DNA of 64,000 nt from Gammaproteobacteria bacterium (lineage in GTDB: Bacteria; Pseudomonadota; Gammaproteobacteria; Ga0077536), in NCBI GenBank assembly GCA_963662545.2, contig CAXXLL010000002.1, forward strand, positions 768,001-832,000. Direction: 5' to 3'. The notes beneath the pieces were generated by a model. It made no database searches. It was not told the DNA's origin and saw only the letters and a list, made by a program, of their open reading frames with translations. The translations under genes were made by a program, and so were the position numbers. Positions 39,564 to 50,486 of this stretch are shown piece after piece. Each line of letters opens with the position of its first letter. Positions within the stretch are counted from its first letter, which is position 1.

Positions 39564-40469
39564 ATGCCCACGATCGGTTTTATCGGCACAGGCACCATCG
39601 GCGCACCGATGGCCCTCAAGCTACTCGAACACGAGCACACGATGCTGGTATTCGACATCGATTCGAACGCTACCAAGGCGCACGTTGAACAGGGTGCCCG
39701 GGTGGCTGCGACCGTCGCCGAAATCGCAAAGGCGTGCGCCACCGTATTCCTCTCGCTACCCGGTCCGGCGGAAATTGAAGAGGTCGTTCTCGGCGACGAT
39801 GGGCTCATCAATCATGCGGAGACGCTAGCAACGATCGCCGATCTGTCGACGAATTCCCTGTCGCTCAATCGTCAGATCGCCGATATCGCGCGACGAAAAG
39901 GCATTAGCTATCTGGATACCCCCGTATCGGGCGGCAAGATCGCTGCTCGCGACGGCAGCTTAGCGGTGATGGTCGGTGGTGATGAGGCCGCTTTCGACGA
40001 AATACGCCCTTTAATCGAATGTTTCGGTGAGCACATTTTCTATATGGGGCCGTCCGGGGCCGGTACCTTGACGAAGCTCGTCAACAACCAAATCTTTCTG
40101 TGTGCGAGTGTATTGATTCAAGAAGGCTTCGTCATGGCCGCGAAAGCCGGGATGGATCCGAGCGCCTTGCTCAAGGTGCTTAAGGTCAGTTCCGCAGGTC
40201 CGCTGATGACACGCGCACCCTTAGTTCTATCGCGTAAGTTCGATCTCGACGTATTCGCGCTGTCCATTGCTACGAAAGACGTCGGTGTCGCCCTCGAATC
40301 TGCGCGAGCCGTCGGCGCATCCATGCCGATCACGGAAGCAGCACATGCAGTGTATGAGGACGCACTCGAAAAGGGCTTCGGCAACGAAGATTTCTTCGCG
40401 ACCGTCAAGGTGCTCGAGAACGCCGCAGGCGTGGAGCTTGCGCCGCTCAGAAAGCCCAAAGAAGGATAG
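39564..40469 (+). CDS. 3-hydroxyisobutyrate dehydrogenase/6PGD-family oxidoreductase
   Basis: IGFIGTG.IG.PMA, DTPVSGG and KLVNN motifs. Confidence 0.9.
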   Translation: MPTIGFIGTGTIGAPMALKLLEHEHTMLVFDIDSNATKAHVEQGARVAATVAEIAKACATVFLSLPGPAEIEEVVLGDDGLINHAETLATIADLSTNSLSLNRQIADIARRKGISYLDTPVSGGKIAARDGSLAVMVGGDEAAFDEIRPLIECFGEHIFYMGPSGAGTLTKLVNNQIFLCASVLIQEGFVMAAKAGMDPSALLKVLKVSSAGPLMTRAPLVLSRKFDLDVFALSIATKDVGVALESARAVGASMPITEAAHAVYEDALEKGFGNEDFFATVKVLENAAGVELAPLRKPKEG

Positions 40470-40473
40470 CGTA

Positions 40474-41688
40474 GTGAACGCGCCGTACGTCGACCTGTCG
40501 GACTCTCGCAGTTTCGCCAACGGCTTCCCGCACGACTTCTTTACTTGGTTGCGCGAACACGAATCCATTTATTGGCACGAGCCGACGGCCGTCACGCCCG
40601 ATGGCGAAGGCTTCTGGGTCGTGAGCCGGTACCAGGACGTCAACGCCATCATCATGGATCCGAACACCTTTTCCTCCGATAAAGCCGGCGCCCGTACCGG
40701 TGGCGGCACCGCGATCAAGGACGAGATCACCGCCGGCAAGCTGCTCAATCAAACCGACGATCCGTACCACCGGCGCCTGCGGGAACTCGTGAACAAGGGC
40801 TTTACCGTGAAAGCGGTCGCCGCCCTCGAAGACGAACTGCGCGCGCGTACCAGCCGGCTGATGAATTCGCTTGAGATCGGCGAAGAATGCAACTTCGTGA
40901 AGCGGATCTCGCGCGAAATACCGACGCAGGCGATCTGCATCGTGCTCGGCGTGCCGGAGGAAGATCGGATCACGCTTTGCGACTGGCTCGACCGTGGTGT
41001 CGAAACGCCGTCCGACTCCGTGATCGCCGCAGAATACTTGAGCAAATTGCGCCGCTACTCGCAATCGCTGATCGAAGAGAAGCGCGCGCGTCCGCAAACC
41101 GACATTTTCTCAGCGATCGTCCATGCCGAGTTCGAGGCCGACGGCTCCACGCTGACCGATTACGAGCTGCGGTCATTCTTCTCGCTGCTGTTTCCGGCGG
41201 GAGCGGAAACGACTACGCGCTCGATTAGCGGCGGCATGCTCGCGTTTCTTGAAAATCCCGACCAGTGGCAACGCTTGCGCGCCAGGCCGGCACTGTTGAA
41301 AACCACGATCGAAGAAATCGTGCGATGGACCACACCGTCCGTGTATAAGCGCCGCACCGCGACGCACGATACGCGTTTCAAGTGTAAAACCATCAGCGAG
41401 GGCGACAAAGTTACCTTCTGGGAAATGTCTGCCAATCGTGATGAACGCGTTTTCGATCGCCCCTTTGAATTCGACGTCGCGCGCTCGCCCAACAAACACC
41501 TTGGTTTTGGCGCAGGCGTACATTTCTGCCTTGGTGCCGCGCTGGCACGACTCGAGCTCAAAATCGTCTTCGAAGAACTGTTACGGCGCGGTCTCGAGTT
41601 CAAACTCAATGGCGAACCCGAATGGGTCCCCAACAACCGCTTGGTCGGTCTTAAATCGCTACCGGTACGCATTGCATCAGCCGATTAA
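40474..41688 (+). CDS. Cytochrome P450
   Basis: AGAETT, EEIVR and FGAGVHFCLG motifs. Confidence 0.92.
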   Translation: MNAPYVDLSDSRSFANGFPHDFFTWLREHESIYWHEPTAVTPDGEGFWVVSRYQDVNAIIMDPNTFSSDKAGARTGGGTAIKDEITAGKLLNQTDDPYHRRLRELVNKGFTVKAVAALEDELRARTSRLMNSLEIGEECNFVKRISREIPTQAICIVLGVPEEDRITLCDWLDRGVETPSDSVIAAEYLSKLRRYSQSLIEEKRARPQTDIFSAIVHAEFEADGSTLTDYELRSFFSLLFPAGAETTTRSISGGMLAFLENPDQWQRLRARPALLKTTIEEIVRWTTPSVYKRRTATHDTRFKCKTISEGDKVTFWEMSANRDERVFDRPFEFDVARSPNKHLGFGAGVHFCLGAALARLELKIVFEELLRRGLEFKLNGEPEWVPNNRLVGLKSLPVRIASAD

Positions 41689-41998
41689 AAGCTGCGTTTC
41701 ACGACTTACGCGTTAGGGGACATTCATGCTCCGCTTGCCCATCAGCGCGTGAATAAAATTAAATTCGGGACCTCGGACTTCACCAATAAGTAGCAAGGGC
41801 CCGGGTCAAAACGCTTCGCCTTCATGCCACGGCTTCCGAGTGGTAGATTCATCTAGAAGGTTCTCATCCCTATCAAATCTGGTGATGGAGAAAGCTGACT
41901 AGACTTTCGGTGGCTGTGCGGATTAAAGTCTTGTCAAATCCACCTATCTCGCGTTTTGACGAGTTCACTCGTCACGCGGCCAGAAAGGAGCCGTCCCG

Positions 41999-43834
41999 AT
42001 GTCTACGACAGCACCAGTGCAAACCGAAAAAAGCCATATTCCAAGCATCGAGGAGCTGGGGTTCGACCCTGCCGAGCTGAGACGGAAATATGATGCCGAG
42101 CGCGACAAAAGGACGCGTTCGGATGGCAACGAGCAGTACCGGGAAGTCGTCGGCGATCTGCGAAGTTTCGTTGATAACCCTTACATCGAAGCGAAACTGG
42201 TGCGGGACGCAATCGAGGAAGACATCGAAGTCGCCGTGATCGGCGGGGGATTCGGTGGTCTCCTCATCAGCGCGCGTCTGCTGGAGACGGGGATCACCAA
42301 TTTCCGTATCATCGAAAAGGCGGGCGATTTTGGTGGCACCTGGTATTGGAACCGATACCCGGGCGTGCAATGCGATATCGAGTCTTACGTGTACCTGCCT
42401 CTTCTGGAAGAAGTTGGATACATCCCGAAAGAAAAATATTCCTTCGGTCCAGAGATCTTCGAGCATGCCAAACGCATCGGAAGCCATTTCGATCTATACC
42501 CCCGCGCGTGCTTCCAGACCCAGGTAAGAGATCGCCGTTGGAGCGACGAGGATGGCCGCTGGATCGTTCGGACCGACCGCGATGATGTCTTCCGGGCGCG
42601 ATTCGTGGTGATGTCGAGCGGGCCTCTTAACCGGCCGAAGCTGCCTGGTATCCCCGGTGTCGAAATATTCAAGGGGCACATGTTCCATACGAGCCGGTGG
42701 GATTACGAATACACCGGCGGCGACACAAATGGCAACCTGCACAAACTGAGCGACAAACGGGTCGCCGTGATCGGCACGGGAGCGACCGCAATTCAAAGCG
42801 TTCCTCACGTCGGCAAGACCGCCAAGCACCTCTACGTGTTCCAACGCACGCCATCCGCAATCGACGAGCGTGGCAACAAACCGACCGATCCGGAATGGGT
42901 CAAGACGCTCGGCCCGGGCTGGCAGGCGGACCGCAGCCATAACTTCGTGTCTATTCTGTGCGGAATACAGCAGGAAGAAGATCTCGTGAACGACGGCTGG
43001 ACGGAGCTTTTCAAATCACTCGGTAAGCTGCTGTCGGATTCGGATGATTCCAATGTGTCGAAGGAAGACATGGGGCTGTTGGCGGAGATCGCGGATTACC
43101 AGAAGATGAACAAGACCCGCGCGCGCGTGGACAAAACCGTAAAAGACACGGCGATCGCGGAGGCGCTGAAACCGTGGTACCGACCGTGGTGCAAGCGCCC
43201 CACGTTCAACGACGAATTCCTGCCGACCTTCAATCGGCCGAACGTCACCTTGGTCGATACGGACGGCCGAGGCGTTGAGCGCATCACTGAAACCGGTATG
43301 GTCGTCAACGGTGTCGAGTACGAAGTGGACTGCCTGATTTTTGCCACTGGGTTCGAAGTGGGCACGGCATACACCCGGCAGGCGGAATTCGAGGTGTTTG
43401 GCCTCAACGGCGCGTCACTCACCGACCACTGGTCAGACGGCATGAAGACCTATCACGGATTTTACAGCCATGGATTTCCGAATTGCTTCCACATGGGACT
43501 GACGCAAACGGGGCTTGCACCCAATTTCACCTACATGCTCGATGGCCAGGCGCGACACATTACGCAGGTGATACAAGACGTGGATGCACGCGATGCGAAA
43601 TCTTTCGAAGCGACCGCCGAAGCCAAGGCGGACTGGGTGGCAGCCGTGCTCGCGCCAGACATGATGTCCGAGTACCTGAGTCAGTGCACGCCGGGTTACT
43701 ACAATAACGAGGGTAAGGCCGGACACGGTGAAGGTTTCCTGCAGGGCCACTACGGTGAGGGTGCGATAGCGTTTTATTCGTTATTGAAGGCCTGGCGGGA
43801 GCAGGGCGACATGGCGGGCCTAATCGTCGAGTAG
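41999..43834 (+). CDS. Baeyer-Villiger monooxygenase
   Basis: GGGFGG, GGTWYWNRYPG, FKGHMFHTSRW fingerprint and GTGATA. Confidence 0.92.
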   Translation: MSTTAPVQTEKSHIPSIEELGFDPAELRRKYDAERDKRTRSDGNEQYREVVGDLRSFVDNPYIEAKLVRDAIEEDIEVAVIGGGFGGLLISARLLETGITNFRIIEKAGDFGGTWYWNRYPGVQCDIESYVYLPLLEEVGYIPKEKYSFGPEIFEHAKRIGSHFDLYPRACFQTQVRDRRWSDEDGRWIVRTDRDDVFRARFVVMSSGPLNRPKLPGIPGVEIFKGHMFHTSRWDYEYTGGDTNGNLHKLSDKRVAVIGTGATAIQSVPHVGKTAKHLYVFQRTPSAIDERGNKPTDPEWVKTLGPGWQADRSHNFVSILCGIQQEEDLVNDGWTELFKSLGKLLSDSDDSNVSKEDMGLLAEIADYQKMNKTRARVDKTVKDTAIAEALKPWYRPWCKRPTFNDEFLPTFNRPNVTLVDTDGRGVERITETGMVVNGVEYEVDCLIFATGFEVGTAYTRQAEFEVFGLNGASLTDHWSDGMKTYHGFYSHGFPNCFHMGLTQTGLAPNFTYMLDGQARHITQVIQDVDARDAKSFEATAEAKADWVAAVLAPDMMSEYLSQCTPGYYNNEGKAGHGEGFLQGHYGEGAIAFYSLLKAWREQGDMAGLIVE

Positions 43835-43863
43835 ACAATCGTTCCGAGCGCGGACGACTTGCT

Positions 43864-44841
43864 TTGAAAGCGCTGGTATGTGATGCCTTCGGGCCACTCG
43901 AACAGCTGAGATACCGCGACTTCCCCGATCCCGTCCCGGGACCCGGAGAGATATTGATCGACGTCAAGGCCATCGGTATAAATTTTGCCGATTCCTTGGT
44001 CGTCGAAGGTCGCTACCAGGCCAAACCGTCCGTCCCATTCATACCCGGTTCCGAAGTCGGCGGTGACATTAAGACTCTGGGTGAGAATGTCGAGGGTCTA
44101 AAAGTCGGGGATCGCGTATTTGGATACAGCGATAATTTCGGCGCCTATGCCGAAACCATCGTACTACCCGTAGGGTCGACCAAACCGCTGCCCGACTTCA
44201 TGTCCTATGAAGAAGGCGCGGCACTGCTTGCCGCGACCGGCACCGCGCATCACGCGCTACGCCAGCGCGGGCGCTTGCAGGCAGGCGAGACGCTCGTCGT
44301 CCTGGGTGCGGCCGGCGGCACCGGTACGGCAGCGGTCCAGATCGGAAAGGCCATCGGCGCCCACGTGATCGCGGTGTGCTCGAGCAAAGAAAAAATGGCG
44401 TTCGCGCAGTCTCAGGGTGCTGATGAGAGCATCGATTACACGCATGAAGATTTACGTGAGGCTATCAAGGCCCGCACGGGTGGTCGTGGCGCGGACGTCG
44501 TATACGATACCGTTGGCGGTGACGCCTTCGACGCCTGCTCGCGTGCCATGGCCTGGGATGGCCGGCTGCTGGTGGTCGGTTTTGCCTCCGGCCGAATTCC
44601 GCAATTACCTGTCAATTTGCCGCTGGTAAAAGGGTATTCGCTGATCGGTGTGTTCTGGGGCACCTTCACCCAGGCGCAGCCGCAAGACTATGCCGCCAAT
44701 ATGCAGGAGCTCTTTGGCTGGATCGAAAGCGGTAAGGTCCGTCCAGTGATCGATACCGTATTTCCTTTGTCAGACGGAATCGCAGCGTTGCGTAGAGTCG
44801 CCGGGCGGGGCGCAATCGGTAAAGTGGTCATGAAACCGTAA
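43864..44841 (+). CDS. NADPH:quinone oxidoreductase (MDR family)
   Basis: PFIPGSE, GAAGGTG and GFASG motifs. Confidence 0.9.
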   Translation: MKALVCDAFGPLEQLRYRDFPDPVPGPGEILIDVKAIGINFADSLVVEGRYQAKPSVPFIPGSEVGGDIKTLGENVEGLKVGDRVFGYSDNFGAYAETIVLPVGSTKPLPDFMSYEEGAALLAATGTAHHALRQRGRLQAGETLVVLGAAGGTGTAAVQIGKAIGAHVIAVCSSKEKMAFAQSQGADESIDYTHEDLREAIKARTGGRGADVVYDTVGGDAFDACSRAMAWDGRLLVVGFASGRIPQLPVNLPLVKGYSLIGVFWGTFTQAQPQDYAANMQELFGWIESGKVRPVIDTVFPLSDGIAALRRVAGRGAIGKVVMKP

Positions 44842-45090
44842 AGGGCTGATCGGTACCGTCGCTCACGGCATTCCCGCTCTCCACATTCACTCCTTAGTCC
44901 GTTCGCTTCGCAAAGTTACACATCAGCTGAGAAGAAGTTTCCTTTGCGGGTCGCGGGGTGCTTGAACGGGCAGGCGCGATCCGCGGCAAGCCCCAGGCGA
45001 CGACCCACTGTGGACGCCGGAAATCTGGATTTTTCCAGAATGACAAATTCTTCGATAGGGTATGCGCTCCGTTTCAATCTGGAGTAAATC

Positions 45091-45612
45091 ATGCAGCGTA
45101 TGAATTGGGAGGCAATGTCTGCTATCGCTGAAGCAACGGGTGTCTTCGCCGTTGTCGTTTCGTTGATCTATCTGGCGACCCAAATTCGTTTTGCGCGCGT
45201 GGTCGCCGCTGATGTCACGCGACACGCTCGAGCGGCGGGGGTTAGAGAAGGCGCTATGGCTGTTGTCGACAATCCGGAGCTACGCAAGAACTGGATGACA
45301 GCCGCACAGATCGAACCGGCATACGAAGTTCTTGCAAACGAGTTGAATCTTGGTGTCGATGGGGCGATTCAAGTTGATTTCATGTGTCTCTATTGGGCAT
45401 GGTTGCACTGGGGTCAGTATGCATCAATTAAAACACCCGAGGACCTTGACGAACTCGAACACTTAGTTTCGGTATTCTATTCCGTTCCACCCATGTCCGT
45501 TTGTTTGCGCACAGGCCCGTATAGCAATAATTTGGACAAGCGCTTTTTGCAGTTCGTGAGCAAAGCGGTCGCAAAAGGGAGACACGAGGATGTTTCACGT
45601 TCGTCGGTCTGA
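45091..45612 (+). CDS. Hypothetical protein with N-terminal TM helix
   Basis: GGAG RBS; MNWEA..AIAE..GV.AVVVSLIYLA.QIR start. Confidence 0.7.
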   Translation: MQRMNWEAMSAIAEATGVFAVVVSLIYLATQIRFARVVAADVTRHARAAGVREGAMAVVDNPELRKNWMTAAQIEPAYEVLANELNLGVDGAIQVDFMCLYWAWLHWGQYASIKTPEDLDELEHLVSVFYSVPPMSVCLRTGPYSNNLDKRFLQFVSKAVAKGRHEDVSRSSV

Positions 45613-45700
45613 AGGAGGGCGCTCGGCGTTGCGGGTGAGGTCAGGTCCTGCGCCAGTTACTATGTCCATCAAACGAGCTAATAAGGAGAGGTAATAGATT

Positions 45701-46585
45701 ATGAATATTGGATTTTTTGCCATCGGTCCCGGATTAGCGGCCGATCCGGAAGTGATCTCGTTGATCGCCAAGACTTGTGAAGATTGTGGATACCACTCGC
45801 TCTGGGCTCCCGAACATATCGTCTTGCTTGACCAATATTCTTCGAAATATCCATACGCGCAAGATGGTCGATTGCCGTTTCCGACCATGGAAGTCGATAT
45901 ACTCGACCCGTTTTTAGCGTTGAGCTTCGCAGCGGCGGTCACCAAGAAGATTCGATTGGGTACAGGCATTTGCCTGGTGCCGGAACGTCAGCCGTTGACC
46001 ACAGCCAAGGCCGTCGCGAGCATCGATAAACTTTCCGGCGGCCGCTTCGATTTCGGCGTAGGTATTGGCTGGCTCAAGGAGGAATTCCAAGCTCTAGAGA
46101 TACCGTGGGCAAAACGGGCACAGCGTACGCGTGAGTATCTCACGGCGATGAAAAGTCTGTGGACAGATGCAGAAAGCCAGTTCGACGGCGAGTTTTGTCA
46201 ATTTCAACCCGTACGCTCGTTCCCGAAACCGGTTCAGAAACCGCATCCACCGATCATTTTCGGTGGTGAAAGTGAACCCGCCTTAAAGCGCGTTGGTGAG
46301 GTGGGGGACGGCTGGTGGGGCGTCAACGTCACCGTCGAGAGCGCCAAAGACCATCTAGCGCAGATCAAAAATTTTGCCGAAGGAGCCGGACGCGACGCCA
46401 GCGCATTGTCGTATGCCGTGACGACCGGGATCGGCGTGCCGGTGAGTCTGGAAGAGGTTGAGCAATTCGCCGAGATAGGCGTCGACCAGGTGATCATCGG
46501 CTTACTCGCCGCCAGCGCGGGCGAATACAAACAGGGCATCGAGCAGACCGCCGAGGAACTCATCGTACCGTTCGCGAATTCGTAA
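45701..46585 (+). CDS. LLM-class F420-dependent oxidoreductase (TIGR03619-like)
   Basis: WAPEH, LSGGRFDFGVGIGW..EEF and PKPVQKPHPP motifs. Confidence 0.88.
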   Translation: MNIGFFAIGPGLAADPEVISLIAKTCEDCGYHSLWAPEHIVLLDQYSSKYPYAQDGRLPFPTMEVDILDPFLALSFAAAVTKKIRLGTGICLVPERQPLTTAKAVASIDKLSGGRFDFGVGIGWLKEEFQALEIPWAKRAQRTREYLTAMKSLWTDAESQFDGEFCQFQPVRSFPKPVQKPHPPIIFGGESEPALKRVGEVGDGWWGVNVTVESAKDHLAQIKNFAEGAGRDASALSYAVTTGIGVPVSLEEVEQFAEIGVDQVIIGLLAASAGEYKQGIEQTAEELIVPFANS

Positions 46586-46611
46586 ACAAAAAAAGGCGTC
46601 GAGAAACGAAG

Positions 46612-46650
46612 GAAAGGGGACGCATGAAAGGGGACGCATGAAAGGGGAAC
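46612..46650 (+). repeat. Tandem 14-bp repeat (GAAAGGGGACGCAT x2 plus a partial third copy)
   Basis: Directly visible downstream of the LLM gene. Confidence 0.8.
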
Positions 46651-46767
46651 GCCCTTATTTCGCAAATTAGGCGATCGGTCGTTGCTTACGGGCGATCTTG
46701 CGGGGTCGGCGTTTCTGTCTACCTCGCTATCGTCGCTTAGCACTATATTGAGGCACGGCAGTGTCCT

Positions 46768-46857
46768 TACATCACTCGGCCCGCGCCCGCCGAGCAGCGT
46801 TTGTCGGCCACCGAGCAGGGCCTCGTGAGATTCACGCTCAAAACCCCCTACCGCGAA
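46768..46857 (+). pseudogene. IS91/ISCR-type transposase fragment
   Basis: Translates YITRPAPAEQRLSATEQGLVRFTLKTPYRE, resembling the Y..RPA...RL...LKTPYRDG segment. Confidence 0.65.
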
Positions 46858-47099
46858 CCGACGGCGTCTTACTATTAGGCAATTAGGCGGGTTCCGTCCT
46901 AATACCCTTTCCAAGACCTCAAGTCTTACGGCGACTGGTCGATTCGTTGAGGTGTGCCAGGCAGATGCTTAGCGCCCGCGGGGGACCGAATCGGAGCGGA
47001 GACCGTGCCCCACGGAGACGCGCCCGATGAGTGGAAAGATGATCATGGCATCAGCTTGCGACGGGAAGATTCACGCCCTCAATGACTAAGGGCAGGGGT

Positions 47100-48443
47100 A
47101 TGAATGCTTTGTCAAATGACCCATGCGTGCACGCCGGTGTTCCCCGGTCACAACGCCTTGCGCGATTGGGTGCCTGGGTCGTTTCACTGTCTCTATGGAT
47201 CCCGCTGGCCGGCCACGCGGATCCCGAAGATGCGCTGTGGAGTGCATTGACATCGGGCAAGCCAGACCTGTCCGTCCGTTGGCGATACGAACACGTTGAT
47301 GACGACCTGAGACCAGGAGGCGTGAAACTCGACCAGGCGAACGCTTCGACGGTACGCGCGACCTTAGGGTACGGTACCGGCGCGTTTCATGGATTCAGCG
47401 CCTATTTGTAGATCGAGGCGATCGGCGCGATTGGTGTTGACGACTATTTCGACGGCTCCGGCACCGGCAACGCCCGCTTTGCCACGATCGTCGACCCCGA
47501 AGGGTTCGAGATCAATCAAGGCTATCTCGCCTATCGGGTGAACGACCGGTTCAATCTGAAGGCGGGTCGGCAAATCATCACCTACCGCGACGCGCCCTTC
47601 CATCGCTTCCTGGGCACAGTCCTGTGGCGGCAGAACTGGCAGACGCACGATGCGGTCAGCGCCGAGCTCAAACCGGTTGACGATTTGACCCTGCGTTACG
47701 CCTACACGTGGAACGTCAATCGAATTTTCGGTGAAGATGCGCCGGAACCCTTGTCCGATTTCGACAGCGATTCCCATCTCGTCAACCTGCGCTACACCGG
47801 CGTGCCGCACCTGCGGCTCGAAACCTACGCCTATCTACTCGATTTCGACAACGCTGCACGCTTCTCGTCGAACACCTTTGGCGTGCGCGGCAATGGATTG
47901 TATCCGCTGAACGACGTCTGGAGCTTGCTGTACACCGCCGAATATGCGCATCAGAATGCCGCCGCAAACAACCCCCTCTCTTACGACGAGGACTACCTGC
48001 TTTTCGAAGGAGGCTTCAAGGTCAAAATCGATTCGTTGGTCAAATCACTGACGGTGAAATTCAGCTATGAGTTGCTCGGCGGAAGTGGTGCGCCGAGCGG
48101 CGCCTTCGTCACGATCCTCGGGACCGACCATGTATTCCAGGGATGGGCCGACCGCTTTCTCGTGACGCCTGACGCCGGTATCGAAGACCATTACGCGACC
48201 GTAGTTGCCGCGCTCGCCTGGGAGATGAAGCTCATCGTCAGCTATCACGACATCGACTCCAATGCAGGCAGCTTTGCATACGGCGATGAATTCGACGTCA
48301 TGCTGACCAAGAAGTTTTTCAAGCATTACCTTCTTGGCGCCAAAGCATCCTTTTACGACGCGGACGATAATCCGTCCAATGTAGCCAGGGGGCCGTCGGC
48401 GGACATCACCAAAATCTGGCTTTGGGGTCAGTTGTCATTCTGA
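47100..48443 (+). pseudogene. Alginate-export-family outer-membrane beta-barrel with an internal amber stop
   Basis: Single frame broken by TAG at 47409-47411; DP.G.EINQ.YL, GRQ.I and H.FQGWAD.F motifs; terminal Phe. Confidence 0.75.
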
Positions 48444-48506
48444 CCGGGCCGCGGCCCGTTGAAGCCGGACGAGGCGCAACCAGCTTATCCGGTCGGGTAA
48501 ATCGAC

Positions 48507-48581
48507 GGGATCGGTGACAACGAATTAATGGGGTCGGTGACAACTCAGAATCATTAACGGACTAATTTGTCACCAGCCCTT
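48507..48581. repeat. REP-like cluster (GGGRTCGGTGACAA x2 + one inverted copy)
   Basis: Copies at 48507 and 48530, inverted copy at about 48565-48581; lies between convergent genes. Confidence 0.7.
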
Positions 48582-48635
48582 CTATTTCGGCGAGAAGTAA
48601 TACCCTTTTATGACGATACACTGTCCGCGGATTTC

Positions 48636-50426
48636 TCAGAGTGGCCAGACCCACAGGATCATCGGTACGCCGACGGCCAGCACCAGGATCTCCAGGGGGA
48701 GACCCATGCGCCAGTAATCCCCGAAGCGGTAACCGCCTGGGCCCATGATCAGGGTGTTGTTCTTGTGACCGATCGGGGTCAGAAAGGCGCAGCTTGCCGA
48801 TACTGCGACACCCATGAGAAATGCATCGGGATTGACCCCGAGGCTATCGGCAATGTTCAAGCCGATAGGCGCCGCGATGACCGCCGTCGCCACGTTATTC
48901 ATGACGTCCGAAAGGAACATGGTCACCACCATCAGGATCACCAGCACGGCTGTAGGGGACAGATCGACGGCCGCATGGACAATGCTTTCGGCGATCAGCG
49001 CCGTCCCTCCGCTGGTTTCAAGCGCTACCCCGATGGGAATCAGGGAAGCCAGCAGCACGATCACGGACCACTGCACGGATTCGTAGAGCTGGCGCACGGG
49101 AATGATGCCGGTGAGTAACATAAGAGCCACTGCACAACCAAACGCAATCGGCAGATTCACCACACCGATGCCGGCAAGCACCACGGCCGCCGCGAATATT
49201 CCTACCGCCAGCCAGATCTTCTGACGCTGGATTACCGGCAAGTCCCGTTCCGCCAGCGGCAGGCAACCCATGCGGTTGGCGATGTCGTTTAATTGTTCGC
49301 CGGCGCCGAGTAGCAAGAGGATGTCACCCGCCCTTATCTTCAGATGCCGGACGCGTTCGGTGAAACGTTTGCCCTGACGCGACACGCCCAGCAGCGTGAC
49401 GCCGCGACGGGTCAGGAGTCTCAGGGAATGAGCGGACCGGCCGTCGATCCGGGCGCCTTCACGAACCACCACTTCCAGCAAGGTGAAGTCCCCGGGACCG
49501 AACATGCCGCCTTCCTCACTCCTTTTTCTCGCGTATTCGAGTTGCAGCGCACCGACTATTCCCTCGATACCCTCCGGTGTCGCCTTGAGGACAAGCACGT
49601 CGCCTTTACGAATCTCCACCCACCGGGCCAGCCCGGGCATGCGCTCGCCACGGCGCACCAGACCGATGATGTCGACGTCGTTGTTTTCCGCAATTTCATC
49701 CAGTTCGCGCACCTTTTTGCCGATCGCCGAAGACGCTTCCGGCACACGGACCTCCGCCACGAAATCCTGGAGTTCGAACAATTCCCGGGCCGAATCGTGC
49801 TTGCCGCGGGCCACGGGTATGAACCGCCAACCAATCAGCGCGACGTAAAGCACGCCGACCATCGCAACAACCAGGCCGACAGGGGTGAAGTCGAACATGC
49901 GATAGGGCTCGCCCAGCGATGCGCCGCGGATTTCCGAGATCACGATGTTGGGCGGGGTTCCGATCAGCGTGATCATGCCACCCAGAATCGACGCGAAGGA
50001 CAAGGGCATGAGACTCAGCGCGGGACTACGCTGGGCCTTGGCCGCAGCCTGTACGTCCATTGGCATGAGTAGGGCCAGCGCTGCGACGTTGTTCATGATG
50101 GCCGATAAGGCTGCGGCGAACCCCGACATGATGCCGATGTGGGCGCCGAGTTTTCGTGAAGCATCGATCAGGTGACGCGCCAGCAGATCGATGACGCCGG
50201 AATTCGACAGGCCCTGGCTGAGAATGAGTACCAGCGCGATGACCACGACCGCCGGGTGACCGAAACCCGTAAATGCCTGGCCCGACGGTACCGCGCCTGC
50301 GATAACCGCGATCAACAGTGCCGAAAAAGCGACCAGGTCATAGCGCCAGCGTCCCCAGATCAGGAACACGAACAGGAAAAACAGCACGGCAAAGAGGGTG
50401 GTCTGGTGTGCGGTCAGTTCCGTCAT
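48636..50426 (-). CDS. SLC13-family permease with TrkA-C domains
   Basis: TLIGTPPN, FLTPIGH.NN and GGYRFGDY motifs. Confidence 0.9.
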   Translation of the reverse strand: MTELTAHQTTLFAVLFFLFVFLIWGRWRYDLVAFSALLIAVIAGAVPSGQAFTGFGHPAVVVIALVLILSQGLSNSGVIDLLARHLIDASRKLGAHIGIMSGFAAALSAIMNNVAALALLMPMDVQAAAKAQRSPALSLMPLSFASILGGMITLIGTPPNIVISEIRGASLGEPYRMFDFTPVGLVVAMVGVLYVALIGWRFIPVARGKHDSARELFELQDFVAEVRVPEASSAIGKKVRELDEIAENNDVDIIGLVRRGERMPGLARWVEIRKGDVLVLKATPEGIEGIVGALQLEYARKRSEEGGMFGPGDFTLLEVVVREGARIDGRSAHSLRLLTRRGVTLLGVSRQGKRFTERVRHLKIRAGDILLLLGAGEQLNDIANRMGCLPLAERDLPVIQRQKIWLAVGIFAAAVVLAGIGVVNLPIAFGCAVALMLLTGIIPVRQLYESVQWSVIVLLASLIPIGVALETSGGTALIAESIVHAAVDLSPTAVLVILMVVTMFLSDVMNNVATAVIAAPIGLNIADSLGVNPDAFLMGVAVSASCAFLTPIGHKNNTLIMGPGGYRFGDYWRMGLPLEILVLAVGVPMILWVWPL

Positions 50427-50486
50427 GCTACCTGCCTCAAAGGCCAGATCACCTCGGCGCGTAATCAGCTAGGCCAAGGCGCCGTC

